Positions 24,406 through 37,544 of a stretch of DNA of 64,000 nt are shown piece by piece (position 1 is the stretch's first letter; every line of letters begins with the position of its first letter). Made by a program: the position numbers and the translations under genes. Source of the DNA: Octopus vulgaris (taxonomy: Eukaryota); assembly GCA_951406725.2 (NCBI GenBank), contig OX597819.1, forward strand, positions 49,724,001 to 49,788,000. The letters are read 5' to 3'. The notes beneath the pieces were generated by a model, which had not been told where the DNA came from, made no database searches, and worked only from the letters and a program-made list of their open reading frames with translations.

Positions 24406-25048
24406 TTGACCTTTCCATGGCTCTTTGAGCCGTTATCAGTCTTTGCTCTTCTCTCTTTGTGGTAGCCCATGTTTCACTACCATATAACATTGCAGGCAGA
24501 ACTGCACTGTTAATGAGGTTGGCGCGGGTGGTCCTGTCCAACCTTCCCTTGAGCACATCCCTTATGCCATTGAACGCCTTCCATCCGGCCCTTACTTTCC
24601 GTGAGATCTCCTTTTTGATATCCCGGCACATATTTACTTCCTGTCTCAGGTAGACATATTCTCTCACCTCCTCTATTTCATCACTGCCGATCACCATTCG
24701 ACCTGTTGGTATCTCGTTGAGAGAGCACATAAATAGCAAGATCATCAGAAAGAAGTCCGGCGTGAGAGATGTCATCGCAGGGTATACTCGCAGCAAGTAT
24801 AGATTGGGCTGGACACGTCGCCCGGCTCACCGATAATCGGTGGACGCACGCAGTTGTCGAGTGGTACCCGCGTGAGCGGAAATGACCACCCGGAAGACCT
24901 CCACGACGGTGGAGTGACGATTTCAAGAGGACGATTGGGATCACGTGGAAGAGAAAGGCGCGATCCAGAGAGGAGTGGACATCGTGCTGTGACCAGCGGT
25001 GTCAAATGGACGCTTGACGGACTGGTCGGTCAAAGTGATCAAAGTGAT
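24405..25048. mobile_element. RTE-clade LINE insertion with inverted 5' segment
   Basis: Minus 24405-24710: EIEEVREYVYL..RAGWKAF..VLPAMLYGSETW..AQRAMERS. Plus 24708-25000: GISLREHI..WAGHVARLTDNRWT..EWYPR..PGRPPRRWSDD; tail (CAAAGTGAT)2. Confidence 0.85.
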
Positions 25049-25071
25049 ATATATATATATATATATATATA

Positions 25072-25336
25072 ATTCTTTTACTTGTTTCAGTTATTTGACT
25101 GCGGTCATGCTGGTGCACCGCCTTTAGTCGAGCAAATCGACCCCAGGACTTATTCTTTGTAAGCCTAGTACTTATTCTATCGGTCATTTTTGCCGAACCG
25201 CTAAGTTACGGGAACGTAAAAACACCAGCATCGGTTGTCAAGCGCTATTGGGGCGACAAACACACACACACACACACACATACATACATACATACATACA
25301 TACATACATACATACATACATACATACATACATACT

Positions 25337-25386
<50 letters not shown>

Positions 25387-25660
25387 CAAAGGGCTTCTTT
25401 CAGTTTCCGTTTACCAAATCCACTCACAAGGCTTTGGACGGCTCGAGGCTATAGTAGAAGACACTTGCCCAAGGTACCGCGCAGTGGGACTGAACCCGGA
25501 ACCATGTGGTTGGTAAGCAAGCTACTTACCACACAACCGTCTGCCAAATCCACTCACATGGCTTTAGTAGGTTCGAGGCTAAAGTCAAAGACTCTCACCC
25601 AAGGTGCCACGCAGTAGGATAGAATCTGGTACCATGTGGTTTTTACCACACAGCCACGCT
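25072..25660 (-). mobile_element. Family-B SINE full length plus partial second head
   Basis: Tail 25072-25260, (CA)/(TACA)/(TA) tract, core and head to ~25535, duplicated degenerate head to ~25660. Confidence 0.88.
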
Positions 25661-25851
25661 CATTCCATAATACTCTTTGTGTGTGTTTCCAATTCTTAAC
25701 TAGTCCCATTATATATTATATATCCACCTTCACTCCCCCATTACCTTTACACAACTTAGCTATCCCAACAATCCACACAGCCTTATATGCCTTCTGGTTA
25801 ATGTTCTTCGTATTTAATTGCATCTCCTAGAGTCCTTGCGGCTCATAAAGA

Positions 25852-25905
25852 GATTATTATTATTATTATTGTTATTATTGTTATTATTATTATTATTATT
25901 ATTAT

Positions 25906-25984
<79 letters not shown>

Positions 25985-26011
25985 TGCTGGTCTTGTGTCA
26001 AACTTTGAAAC

Positions 26012-26066
<55 letters not shown>

Positions 26067-26082
26067 GTTATTATTATTATTA
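25852..26082. repeat. (TTA)n/(TAG)n trinucleotide microsatellites
   Basis: Direct reading. Confidence 0.95.
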
Positions 26083-26688
26083 ATTTAGAGTGGCCTGCGA
26101 CAGATGTGGGGTTTTTTACGAACCCGTGAGTTTTAGAAAAATTTCAAATTGCTTTCTAAATTTCTTCCTGTTATTTTTTCTTTTGTGTTTTTTTCTTTTG
26201 TATTGTGTTTTTGTGAACCCGTTACAAAGAAATCATTTTTTTCTTCCTTTCTTGGAAAAGAAAAAAAAAAGACCTGTTTAAATTTTATATTTTTTTCCCG
26301 TCAGACAATAAAGAAAAATTGTAAACATAGGCGCAGGCGTGGTTGTGTGACAAGAAGCTTTCTTCCAAACCGCATGGTTCCGGGTTCAGTTCTACTGCGA
26401 GGCAACAATAGGCAAGTGTCCTCTGCTAGAGACTCGGGCCGACCATGTTGATGTGGCTACGAACATTACTTATTAGTACAACTACTGCGTTGATCTCTAA
26501 ATATATACATACACATATATTATCTGTATTTATATATACACGCATATATCAAAATATGGGGGTTTATTTTACAAGTGATCTTAACAACTAGGTACGCTGG
26601 GTAAGTGCTGTAACGGATTACCAGGGCCCCAAGCTCATAGCCGAGACGGGAGTAATGGAACCATTATAGATTTCCGATATAGCAGATG

Positions 26689-27262
26689 TATATTTGTTAA
26701 AGAGCACAACAAACGCTGAAGCAAGACAAACATCTCAAGCCATACGCGTTATTATTATTTAAAAAAATTTAGAAGTCTTACGGCCGTTTCTGGGAAATTT
26801 CAAAATAGGGAAAATGTGAAGGGTATAGATTAAGGAAACGATGAAATAAAGAAATGAAGAAAGAAGAAACAGAAATTCACAGTTCAGCTTTCCGATAGTG
26901 TCAATGCTATTCGACAAATCTTTCGGTACAATCCATTGTAAATCTAGGTATGATTAGAGTCTTCATATTGTAAATATACAGAGAGAGACGCAACCATGTC
27001 TGCTATCGGAAAGTTGAACTGTGAACTTTTATGTTTCTTTTTTCTTCATTTCTTTATTTCAATTTTTCTCCAGTCCTTTATTTCATTGTTTCCTTTATCT
27101 ATACCCTTCACATTTTCCCTACTTGTCTCAGATGACGGGATATCCCATATCTTGAAACTTCCCAGAAACGGCTGTAAGACTTTTAATTTTTTAATAATAG
27201 TTACGTATGACTTGAGATGTTTGTCTTGCCTTAGCTTTTGTTGTCCTCTTTAACAAATATAT
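26689..27262. mobile_element. Fold-back (inverted pLTR-like) repeat with HHR-like motif
   Basis: Left arm 26689-26898 is reverse-complementary to right arm 27003-27262; right arm has GTCT-CAGATGA-CGGGA..TCCCA-GAAAC-GGCT-GTA-AGAC (27125-27180). Confidence 0.7.
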
Positions 27263-27577
27263 ATATATATATATAATACAAAATGGGACAAGAACGCAAA
27301 ACATCCGGATAGTTAGGTGATACAAAATGGGACAACAAAACATCCAGATAGACGATACAAAGAAAGCAAGGACGGGTCATTCAAAGTTTTCTTTCCTCAG
27401 TCAAGTACCAGCTTATCTTCACAATTTCGGCTGATTATACTTGAGATTGCTCAAATCCGGCCAGCCCCAAGGAATAACTAAGCTAAGAGCATTACATTCC
27501 TTGGAAGAAAGCAGCGAATGTATACAAAAACAAGGACGGAAAAAAACGAATAATGTTATACAATACAATAAAAATAA

Positions 27578-28461
27578 TTTGCCGACGATGTCAAACTGGT
27601 CGCTCCTCGCGGTGATATAGAGGATCTTCGTCGATGCCTCCACCAAATTTGGAGATGGTCTAACGAATGGGACCTGTGTCTGAACGTGTCAAAGTGCTGT
27701 CATCTGCCTGCTGGCTCTCCTCCTGCAACTCAACTTGATTTCGAGCCGGGTCGTCTGCTGCTGGAGAGGACCGATCAGGTAAAGGACCTGGGTATCTTGG
27801 TGGATTCCTCCTTTTCGCCTTCGGCCCAGTGCGTCCATGCTGCCAACAAAGCACGCAGATTTCTGTTCTTGATTCGATGGTCATTCGGAATGCTCACAGC
27901 AGCCATATTCCTACCACTCCATGTCACGCTGGTGAGACCCATATTGGAGTATGGGATTCAAGCCTCTTCTCCTTATCTCCTCAAAGACATACAGCATCTC
28001 GAAAGAGTCCAGAAGCTGGCTACCCGCATGGTTCTTGGTCTCAAGAATTTGTCTTATAAAGAAAGGCTGAAGACGCTCGACCTTTATTCTCTAGAAAAAC
28101 GACGACGCCGTGGAGATCTCATTCTTGCTCACAACATCATAAGCGGAAAGTGTAATCTCTCGAAAGAGCTGTTCTTCACTCCTGCTTCAGAGCGTCGGCT
28201 GCGGGGTCATTCCGAAAAGCTCTATCTGCGACGATTTCATCTCAATCGAAGGAGAGGGGCTTTCTCCGTCCGGGTTGCGGATCCGTGGAACAAGCTGCCA
28301 GACGAGATGGTGAAGATGCCGACGACCGCTCGTTTCAAAGTCTCCCTTGACCTCAAGTGGCCTGAAATCTTTACATGAACACCACCCTGTACATAACTCC
28401 ATGCCCCCCTACATGGCCTTGCTTTTTGCTTTTTGAGCCAAAAAATTAACTAACTAACTAA
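27578..28461 (+). mobile_element. Young CR1-like LINE, 5'-truncated, open ORF2 C-terminus 27578-28378, (AACT)n tail
   Basis: Frame starts at RT motif FADDVKL and continues KDLGILVD..LVRPILEY..LERVQKLATRMV..RRRRGDLI..RGH..FSVRVADPWNKLP without stops. Confidence 0.92.
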
Positions 28462-28591
28462 AACAACAGGTGTCTTTCGGCTAAGGACGAATTAAATTAT
28501 GCTGGCGTGTGTGGAAATGAAGCCTTACAGCAGGGATAAAAGATTTCACAAATACGGAGGAATATCGATGTTTCATGGACAACGGCCAGAC

Positions 28592-28635
<44 letters not shown>

Positions 28636-28755
28636 TATGTATGTATGTATGTATGCATGTATGTATGTATGTACATGTATGTATGTATGTACATGATTGT
28701 TGATAGTGCTGTGAGTCTCAACTGACTGGCTCACTGTAGCTTTAAAAAGCAAATA

Positions 28756-28905
28756 AAAGTCACATTCGATCACAGCACCAATAACAGTTGAGCTTCGTGC
28801 AATGGCCATACTTGATAACGAGGGGGCAGTCATCATGTATGTATGTATGTATGTATGTATGTATGTATGTATGTATGTATGTATGTATGTATGTATGTAT
28901 GTATG
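28756..28905 (+). mobile_element. Short 3' end of the zinc-finger RTE family with (TGTA)n tail
   Basis: AAAAGTCAC..CGATCACAGCACC..GTGCAATGGCCATAC..GATAACGAGGGGGCAG matches 18599-18675. Confidence 0.8.
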
Positions 28906-28940
28906 TTTGAATGTGTGTATGTATGTATATTCGAAATTGA

Positions 28941-29175
28941 GGGGATGGGGCAAGTAAAATCCAAACTACCTATGTTTCCTAGCTAGCAGAATCTCGGAAG
29001 TAACAATTACTCAAAAAGAGATATCTTAGTTAAATGATGGTTACAATGTCGTCAAGGGATCTCAAGTTAAATCGCAGGAGATTTGGTGGAGTACACCCCG
29101 TTGAGTAATTATTACTTTCGAGGTTCTGCTAGCTAGGAAACATACGTTGCTTGGATTTTACCTGCTCCGTTCCCT
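28941..29175. repeat. Inverted repeat, ~75-bp arms (MITE-like fold-back)
   Basis: GTAAAATCCAA..TATGTTTCCTAGCTAGCAGAA..AATTACTCAA versus TTGAGTAATT..TTCTGCTAGCTAGGAAACATA..TTGGATTTTAC. Confidence 0.8.
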
Positions 29176-29397
29176 ACATTTGGATTTTTATTTGCATACA
29201 CAGCAACCCTAATTGCTAACTGTGTACAATAAAATAACCTTTTTTTCAGTTTATCGAACTTAGATAAACTCACAATCTCCTACGCAACAAACTATTGTTC
29301 CTGAATGTTGCGATTTTATACTGTCTACGGACTGCATGAGGCTTACTAATTTCCTACACTTGGATCCTTTGATCTTACATATATGTATGTATATATA

Positions 29398-29821
29398 TCT
29401 CCTATGATAAAAGGCAGATTTTCTCTGCCTGTTCCCATGTTTCTTTTTAATACAATTCTACAATATAGAATTTCTTCAATTGGAATTTACCTATGATTTT
29501 TCCAAGTAGATTCGATTGGGTCATGGCATGTAAAGTTTTTTCAATTTGACCCCCAATTAAGCAAAAATTTGAGAAAACTCAATATTTTACGATTTACCTC
29601 TCTGATTTCAAGTGGTTTACTCCTGCTATTACCACCACACTTTCTCCTACTTTCTCTTTGCAAGTGTGAAACTATTAAAGTGAAAGTATTTATATAACAG
29701 GGATGAGCCATTAATACTGGTCATCCTTTTTGCTAGAGGAAGATCCGCTATGGTCTTATATGCTACACCACTGGTTTTCAATTCATATTAATCAAATTAA
29801 TATTCAATTTTTCACCCTTAT

Positions 29822-29854
<33 letters not shown>

Positions 29855-30410
29855 ATTAGCAATTCGTATAAAATTGCATCAATGACTTGAACTTGAATAA
29901 GTGCTTTCACATAAATGGGGATAAATTAAAAAGGTTTGTTGTTATTATTATTACTGTTTGACTATTGTAATCACGTTTGTTGGTTCCTCGTCAGGGAAAC
30001 GTTGTGTTGCATTTGTTAAATAATTGTAAACCGTAACCCTCCCCCTTTCGGAGAAGGGGCTTTGGTTATTGTTTAAAAATTGAATTGTGTCCCTGTTTCG
30101 GGAATTTGACAATATTTTCACCGTCTTTACGGAAGCATTTTTGTTAAAATGTCTTCGATAGAAGAAAGTAAAAAATGAATTTCGCTGCAGCCGTACACTT
30201 CTATACAAGAGGGAGGACAAGATCCAATTGATCGAAATTGCAAGAGACAGGCCAACAATTCCAGTCTGTTATATATTTTGAGTATTGTTATCACTAGCGA
30301 TATCAAGATATAACTTTGTATTTTGTATTTTATGTGTAGATGTATATATATATAGATGTACATGTAATATGTACACATATATATATACACATATATACAT
30401 GCATAATATA
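29398..30410 (+). mobile_element. Helitron-derived mosaic (5' end plus internal blocks shared with 58322-59417)
   Basis: A|TCTCCTATGATAAAAGGCAG Helitron-like start; 29866-29932 matches ~58755-58820; 30187-30403 matches ~59177-59377. Confidence 0.6.
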
Positions 30411-30559
30411 TCTACCCATACACACATACACACACACACACACACACACATACATAGGGGCAGGTGTGGCTGTGTGGTAACAAACTACGTTCCAAACACA
30501 TGGTCCTGGGTTCAGTCCCACTGTGTGGTGACTTGGCATGTGTAGGCAAAAACTCTCTG

Positions 30560-30930
<371 letters not shown>

Positions 30931-31175
30931 TTTTTATTTGTATCTGTGTTTGTCCCCACCATCGCTTGACAACCGATGTTGGTGTGTTTACGTCCCCGTA
31001 ACCTTATGGTTCGGCAAAAGAGACCGATAGAATAAGTACTAGGCTTACAATGAATAAGTCCTGGGGTCGATTTGTTTGACTAAAAGTGGTGCCCCAGCGT
31101 GGCCGCAGTCAAATGACTGAAACAAGTAAAAGAATAACAATATACATATACATACATACACACACACACACAGAT

Positions 31176-31226
<51 letters not shown>

Positions 31227-31397
31227 AGCTTAGAGAAGAAGAAGAAACGAAACGAAACGAAACGAATCGAATCGAATCGACGCGAAGGCGCTCAGTCATA
31301 CAATAGTGTAATAAATAAAATATATGCATACATACAAACACATATGTACGTACCTACATCTACATGTATATATACATGCATATATAAATATATATAC

Positions 31398-31865
31398 GTG
31401 TGTACAGGACACCACAAATAGACGTAGAACTCAACAAGAAACGAAAACGCAAAAACAGCATTGAACGGACCATTTTTTTAACAACGAAAAAACAGAGTAC
31501 AAGACAACTACACAAGGAAAAATCCCCTTCATCAGCTGTCCCTAGTTCAACTCCAGCGTGTTTCGAAGGTGAGGACAGAACACGTCTCGGCGAACTGATC
31601 CTTCCTGCGAAAGAATTAAATAAAATTCCTTTGCAGAGGGGTAAAAACAAGGAAAAAAAATGTGACAAAAACAGGACGTAAAAACAAATACAAAATAAAA
31701 ATACAATTACAAAAAATACAGTACAAGAAGGAATAGAAACAGGACAGGAAAACAAATAAAGAGGGCCTATAAGCCTAGACGAGGGAAAAAATGTTTCGCG
31801 AGCGCAGGAAGAAACATGTTTACTTGAATAAGGCCGCCAGCGAAAGGAAGTTCGTAGACCCGGCT
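31398..31865 (-). mobile_element. Unclassified, possibly PLE-derived repeat (related to 47340-47975 and 46461-46515)
   Basis: Minus strand contains CGAAAC..GACAGCTGATGAAGGGG and ends GTCCTGTAC, as does the 47.8-kb copy. Confidence 0.45.
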
Positions 31866-31919
31866 GTTTAAATATATATAAACAAGGGGGATCTTTGTGG
31901 TTATCGTCCCTGCATGCCG

Positions 31920-32110
31920 AAATCTTTAAGAAAACTATTTAATGTGTCATACAAATATAATTTTTGACGCTGAGTCCGAATTTGTTATTCATTTATTCCA
32001 GAACAATTTCGTGAAAATGTTACAGGTGTTCAGAATTTGATCATTTTCAGAATTTTCAGCCAACTAGAAAACAGCGCGTTCGCTGTCTCTTCCATCATCT
32101 GTCACAGTAG
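31920..32110. mobile_element. DNA-transposon subterminal remnant related (inverted) to 52040-52203
   Basis: TTTTGACGCTGAGTCCGAATTTG..TTTTCAGCCAAC resembles the reverse complement of GATTGGCTAAAAA..TCAGATTCAGCGTGAAAA. Confidence 0.4.
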
Positions 32111-32139
32111 CGAGAAAGTGGGTGGGGGCACAGGCATGT

Positions 32140-32490
32140 CAAAACATTAAACTAGCTGCGATAAACAGTGAAAAACATGAAAATTCGCGAGCAGATTAAA
32201 TATTCAAAAGCTACGAGCAAACTAATATGAGTTGCTAGAAATAGCAGTCAAAACATTAAACTATACACTAGGAAAATAAACAGTGAAAAACATTAAAACG
32301 TTCGTGAGCAAATTAAATATATAAAAGCTAAGAGCAAACCAATAAGAGTTGCTAGAATAGCATTCAAAACATTAAAATATACACTAGCAAAATATACAGT
32401 GAAAAACATTAAAACATTCGCGAGCAAATTAAATATTTATAAGTTACGAGCAAACCAACAGGAGTTGCTAGAAATAACAATCGAAACATT
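32140..32490 (+). repeat. ~115-bp tandem repeat, about 3 copies
   Basis: ACAGTGAAAAACAT..GAGCAAAC..GAGTTGCTAGAA recurs at ~32166, ~32280 and ~32396. Confidence 0.85.
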
Positions 32491-32755
32491 GCTCAAAACA
32501 GACATTTAGTAGTTAAAAATCACTCAAGAACGAAAGTTTGCAATACACTCTAGGATTTTACAAAATAATCTTTCTCATATCTCTTCCACATAAATAAATC
32601 TCTTAACCAATACAAAGACCACAACCACAAACATTTCCAGTTCCCCAAACAGAATTATTTTTTAGCCGTAATGAATCTGGCAAAAGAGCTACAAAAGAAC
32701 ATTCTAGCCATCACACAAGGCCACCACCCCCACCATCTTATTACACAAACTCCCA

Positions 32756-34520
32756 TTGCTACCATTAACAAGCAAATCACCAAAACAATCAAAATCAGTC
32801 ACCACTATCGCCTCAACATTTTTGCTCAATGCACAAGACATCAGCCCTTCCACGAATGCCCCAAAATGGAAGATCCAATTTACTGAGGACTGGGTTAATG
32901 ACTATCCACACCCCTCACAAAGACCCATCTCAACCTCCACTTGTAAGCTGAGGTGAGAGTGAAGAATTTTACAGCCATCCGTGCAGATCGTGTCGGCAGA
33001 AGAAAGGGTGGGACCGCCATTTTCGTGCACGATTCTTTTTTGGTTGAAGCAATGAACGTATCTACCAACGGCTACTGTGAAGCAGCTTCTGTGTATAGTA
33101 AAACCAACAATTTAATAGTAATTGGGCTCCATAGGCCACCCCTAACTCCTTTTCTATGCTTCAAGGAATGCCTCAACAGTATTAAGTGTTTCATCCATCA
33201 GTGTCATACTGACAACATATTAATGATGGGGGACTTCAACCTTACCAGTGTTAATTGGTTCACAAACAGCTTGAAACCAGGTTTTTCCATCTCTACCCCT
33301 GATAAGAAAGCAATCGTATTGCTTTCTGATTTCATGGATGAATTTTTCGTGAACCAACAAGGTGTCACAAAAACAACTTGGGCCTAGTGTTCAGTAACCA
33401 CACTGACACTATCCCCAATATTGCAATAGAAAAACACCACTACTCTCAACCATGACATGGTTCTCTGCGATCTGAGATTCTACTACCCAAAGATCAAATC
33501 CAGTGATATCTCTCCAGTCCATCCATTTGTCACTATGGATCTTCATAACGCAGACTGGGATGCAATCAATCATGATCTTTCACAAGTTGATTGGGCCTTC
33601 ACGCACGCACACACACCCTCCAACATAAACACATCTTGGCAGACGTTTGTAGATACTGTGACAAATATATGCACAAAACATACTCCATTTAAGATCAGAA
33701 TACAAATCTAAGTGCAGAATCCCTAGAAATAGAAAAGCAATTATCAAAAAATAAAAAGAATTAACAAGAAAATCAACCAACTTAAATACTGCCAGCAGCA
33801 ACGCACCTATTTGACTGCCATTGCATCACTCGAATCGAGAAAACACGACCTCCAAAAAAGCACGATGACCATCATTAACAGTCAAAGAGCAGCTGAGGAG
33901 AGTTGGGCCATTGAGAAAATAAAACTCAATCCCAAAATGTTCTTTTCATTTGCAAAAAAAACAACAAAGAAAAAACAAACATAAAGAAACTGTTACTACT
34001 GTTGGACCTCTGGTTGATGAAAACAACACCCTACATGATGATGCAAAATCCATGTGCGAGATACTGCAGAGACAAACTGCTGTCTTCAGTAATGCTAATG
34101 CAATTTATCTGGCTAGTGTCAGTAATGTAAACCCTCAACTAACTATATCTAACATAACTTTTGGTGCCCCTGATATCCTAACAGAAATAGATAAGATCAA
34201 GCACAACTCGGTAGTAGGTCCCCAAAAGTTCCCGGCCACTGTCCTGAAGCTGTGTCGACATCAAATTGCACCCCCTCTAGCTCACCTCACTTGATGCTAC
34301 ATTCCTGATCATTTTCTTACCCGGTCTGTCGTTCCAGGCTTCAAAAATGGAAGCAAATCTCTTGCAGTGAACTGCCGTCCGATTTCACTCACTTCTCATT
34401 TCATTAAAGTATTTGGGAGGGTGGTGAGATCGCGAATAACTCATTTCCTCGAAGACAACAATCTGCTGAACCCCAACCAGCATGGTTTCTGTGATGGCAG
34501 GGAGTGCCTGTCGCAGCTGC

Positions 34521-34521
<1 letters not shown>
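32756..34521 (+). pseudogene. CR1-like LINE ORF2 pseudogene (APE endonuclease plus RT N-terminal part), truncated by microsatellite
   Basis: [63 protein letters not shown]; several frameshifts. Confidence 0.88.
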
Positions 34522-35015
<494 letters not shown>

Positions 35016-35019
<4 letters not shown>

Positions 35020-35217
35020 TAGTCGCCATGATAGATCGTTAGCCACTACACACATTTTTTTCTCTCCTTGTTTTTTCTGTGTCCCTTTTTGTAGAAGAGC
35101 GTAGGCTCGAAACGTAAAAGACTTTTTCTATTCCTGAGCGTTATACTAATACATCTGTTTGTTTTGTACACCACCTGTCTTCGTCTTTTGTTGTTTTCTT
35201 TTCGTAAACTCTCCCTA
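35016..35217 (+). mobile_element. PLE pLTR-like fragment with degenerate HHR-like motif (35085-35121)
   Basis: TTTGTAGAA-GAGC-gtag-GCTC-GAAAC-GTA-AAAGA; core deviates from CUGANGA. Confidence 0.45.
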
Positions 35218-35288
35218 TATATATATATATATATATAAAATCTATATCATTATATGATTGAACGCCACACATCCATTTCCAAGTAAGT

Positions 35289-35364
<76 letters not shown>

Positions 35365-35379
35365 ATATACATACATACA

Positions 35380-35443
<64 letters not shown>

Positions 35444-35444
<1 letters not shown>

Positions 35445-35596
35445 GCTTCTTCCAGTTTCCGTCTACCAAATCCACTCACAAAGCTTTGAACAGCCCGAGG
35501 CTATAGTAGAAAACACTTCCCCAAGGTGCCACGGAGTGGGAATGAACCTGGAACCATATGGTTGGTAAGCAAGCTACTTACCACACAGGCACTGCT
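35444..35596 (-). mobile_element. Family-B SINE head and core
   Basis: CTTCTTCCAGTTTCCGTCTACCAAATCCACTCAC..CTTACCACACAGG. Confidence 0.85.
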
Positions 35597-36039
35597 AACA
35601 AATTCAAAGAGAAGGAATAACTTCCATCACGGAAATGATGTGAAACCCCGAATTGCAAGCAAGAACTTATGAACATCATGAACAGCGTGCACGAAGAAGA
35701 GGATTATATACTTATATATTTATACTTATATATCTTTATAGGACTACACAGCCACAGCAGGAAATGTATCAGGACATGAAATATAAAAGCCGGACTAGAC
35801 TACAAAAAAACAAAAAAAAACAAAACACGCGCAACTCCATTGTCTCCCGAGACAGAAAGGATGCCAATACAATACAATACAATATCTTTATATACTTTTA
35901 ACGGTCCTGAGGAAGCTATAAAATGTTGCACATGCACGCTGCTCTAACTATAGTGTCTTGTAACAGAAACAGCTGTAAAATGATGTTCTTTTGTCATTCA
36001 TCCAGGGATATTACGTTCTGTACTTCCCTCTAAAGCATA

Positions 36040-37115
36040 AGTACTTTCAGTACGAATAAATGAGAACTTCCGCCATTAGACTTCGCCAAGAACAGCGCTA
36101 CATCTTCACTCTTCGAAATCATACAACGTTTGGACTTAACACCCGTCTCCTTCCTGTAACAGCTTACAACCTTCATTTCCCTTTTTTATTATTTTATTTT
36201 ATTTTTCATCTTTTTGATTTTAATTTTTAGATTTTGTTTGCTTTAATTATTTTTAATTTGCTGTTTTTTTTAATTTTAATTAATTTTTTAATTTAATTTT
36301 AATTTAAAAAAATTAAATTTAAACTCAATTTCATTTATCAAATGAATTTTTAATTAATTTTATTTAATTTTTTAAAACTTTATTTTAATATTTATTCTTT
36401 TTAATTTTCTAAATTCTTAATTTTTTTTAATTAAAATTTTTTTGATTATCTTCCACACACTTTCACACACCCATATATATAACTTGCATACCCCACATTC
36501 TACATACATATCTACCACGCTCGCACACGCACAAACACGTTTCCATATCCTAGCATGTACAAAAACTCTTTACCCACACCAACACCGACACACACGCACA
36601 CATATGCAAGCATACATGCACACACTCATACGTATACTCAAACACGTACGTACACACATGGCAACACCGACACATTCACACACACACCACACTTCATCTC
36701 ACCCCTCGGCTACTAAATCTACTGCAACTAACCTGCTACTCCCATACACACATGACTCACACAAGCTCAAACACACACGCACACGGATATTACCACACAC
36801 ACACATACACACACACACACACACTGGCCATTTTTGCCCTCTCCTGCTTTCAAAAATTACTTTATCTATCTCTCATCACTTCCGGTCAGTTATTTTTCAG
36901 CCACATAATGACTCACGTGCTTTTTTTCGGACTGTTCTTTTCCTTCTCTCTGGACTTTTCTCTCTTTCTTCTTTCTGGCGAAGAGCCATACTCGGAATTT
37001 CACATCTTCCTCTTTTTTTCCATCTTAAGCTTTCTCTGAGCTTCAATCTGATACATTCACTGTGTCCGTTCTTTGAACTTTTGTTGTATTTCCTGTTTTT
37101 GTCTTTATTCTTGAT
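36040..37115 (+). mobile_element. Penelope-like element 3' remnant (GIY-YIG C-terminus plus pLTR)
   Basis: AIRLRQEQRYIFTLRNHTTFGLN (36072-36140) resembles the PLE endonuclease end motif E..IF.L.T..P.GLN; degenerate HHR-like CTGGCGAAGAG..CTCGGAA at ~36975. Confidence 0.55.
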
Positions 37116-37126
37116 TTGCTTATATA

Positions 37127-37295
37127 TAGGCGCAGGAATGGCTGTGTGGTAGGTAGCTTGCTTACCAACCACATGGTCCCAGGTTCATTCCCACTGCGTT
37201 TCACCTTGGGCAAGTGTCTTCTACTACAGCCTCGAGCCGATCAAAGCCTTGTAAGTGGATTTGGTAGACGGAAACTAAAAGAAGCCCGTCGTATA
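37127..37295 (+). mobile_element. Family-B SINE head and core
   Basis: TAGGCGCAGGAATGGCTGTGTGG..GAAGCCCGTCGTATA. Confidence 0.88.
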
Positions 37296-37303
37296 TAAAT
37301 ATA

Positions 37304-37544
37304 AAATAGAGAAATATTTTTGTTTCACTTTTAACACGTAATACTGAAATAGTGGAGAAGATATGATATTGCTATGGGCTCGCTCTAGGCAAGAAGTTGA
37401 ACATTTTTTTGCCCCTGAAACTACATGGACCCTAAGTAAGGCATGTGTAAAATTTGAATGAAATTGGTTGTGTAGTTCTCAAGTTTTAGGGAAACACACG
37501 GACAGATAGACAGACACACATTCTCAGTTATATATATATAAAGA
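37304..37544 (-). mobile_element. 5' fragment of the Helitron at 58322-59417
   Basis: Reverse complement matches 58322-58636, including the TC start. Confidence 0.85.
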
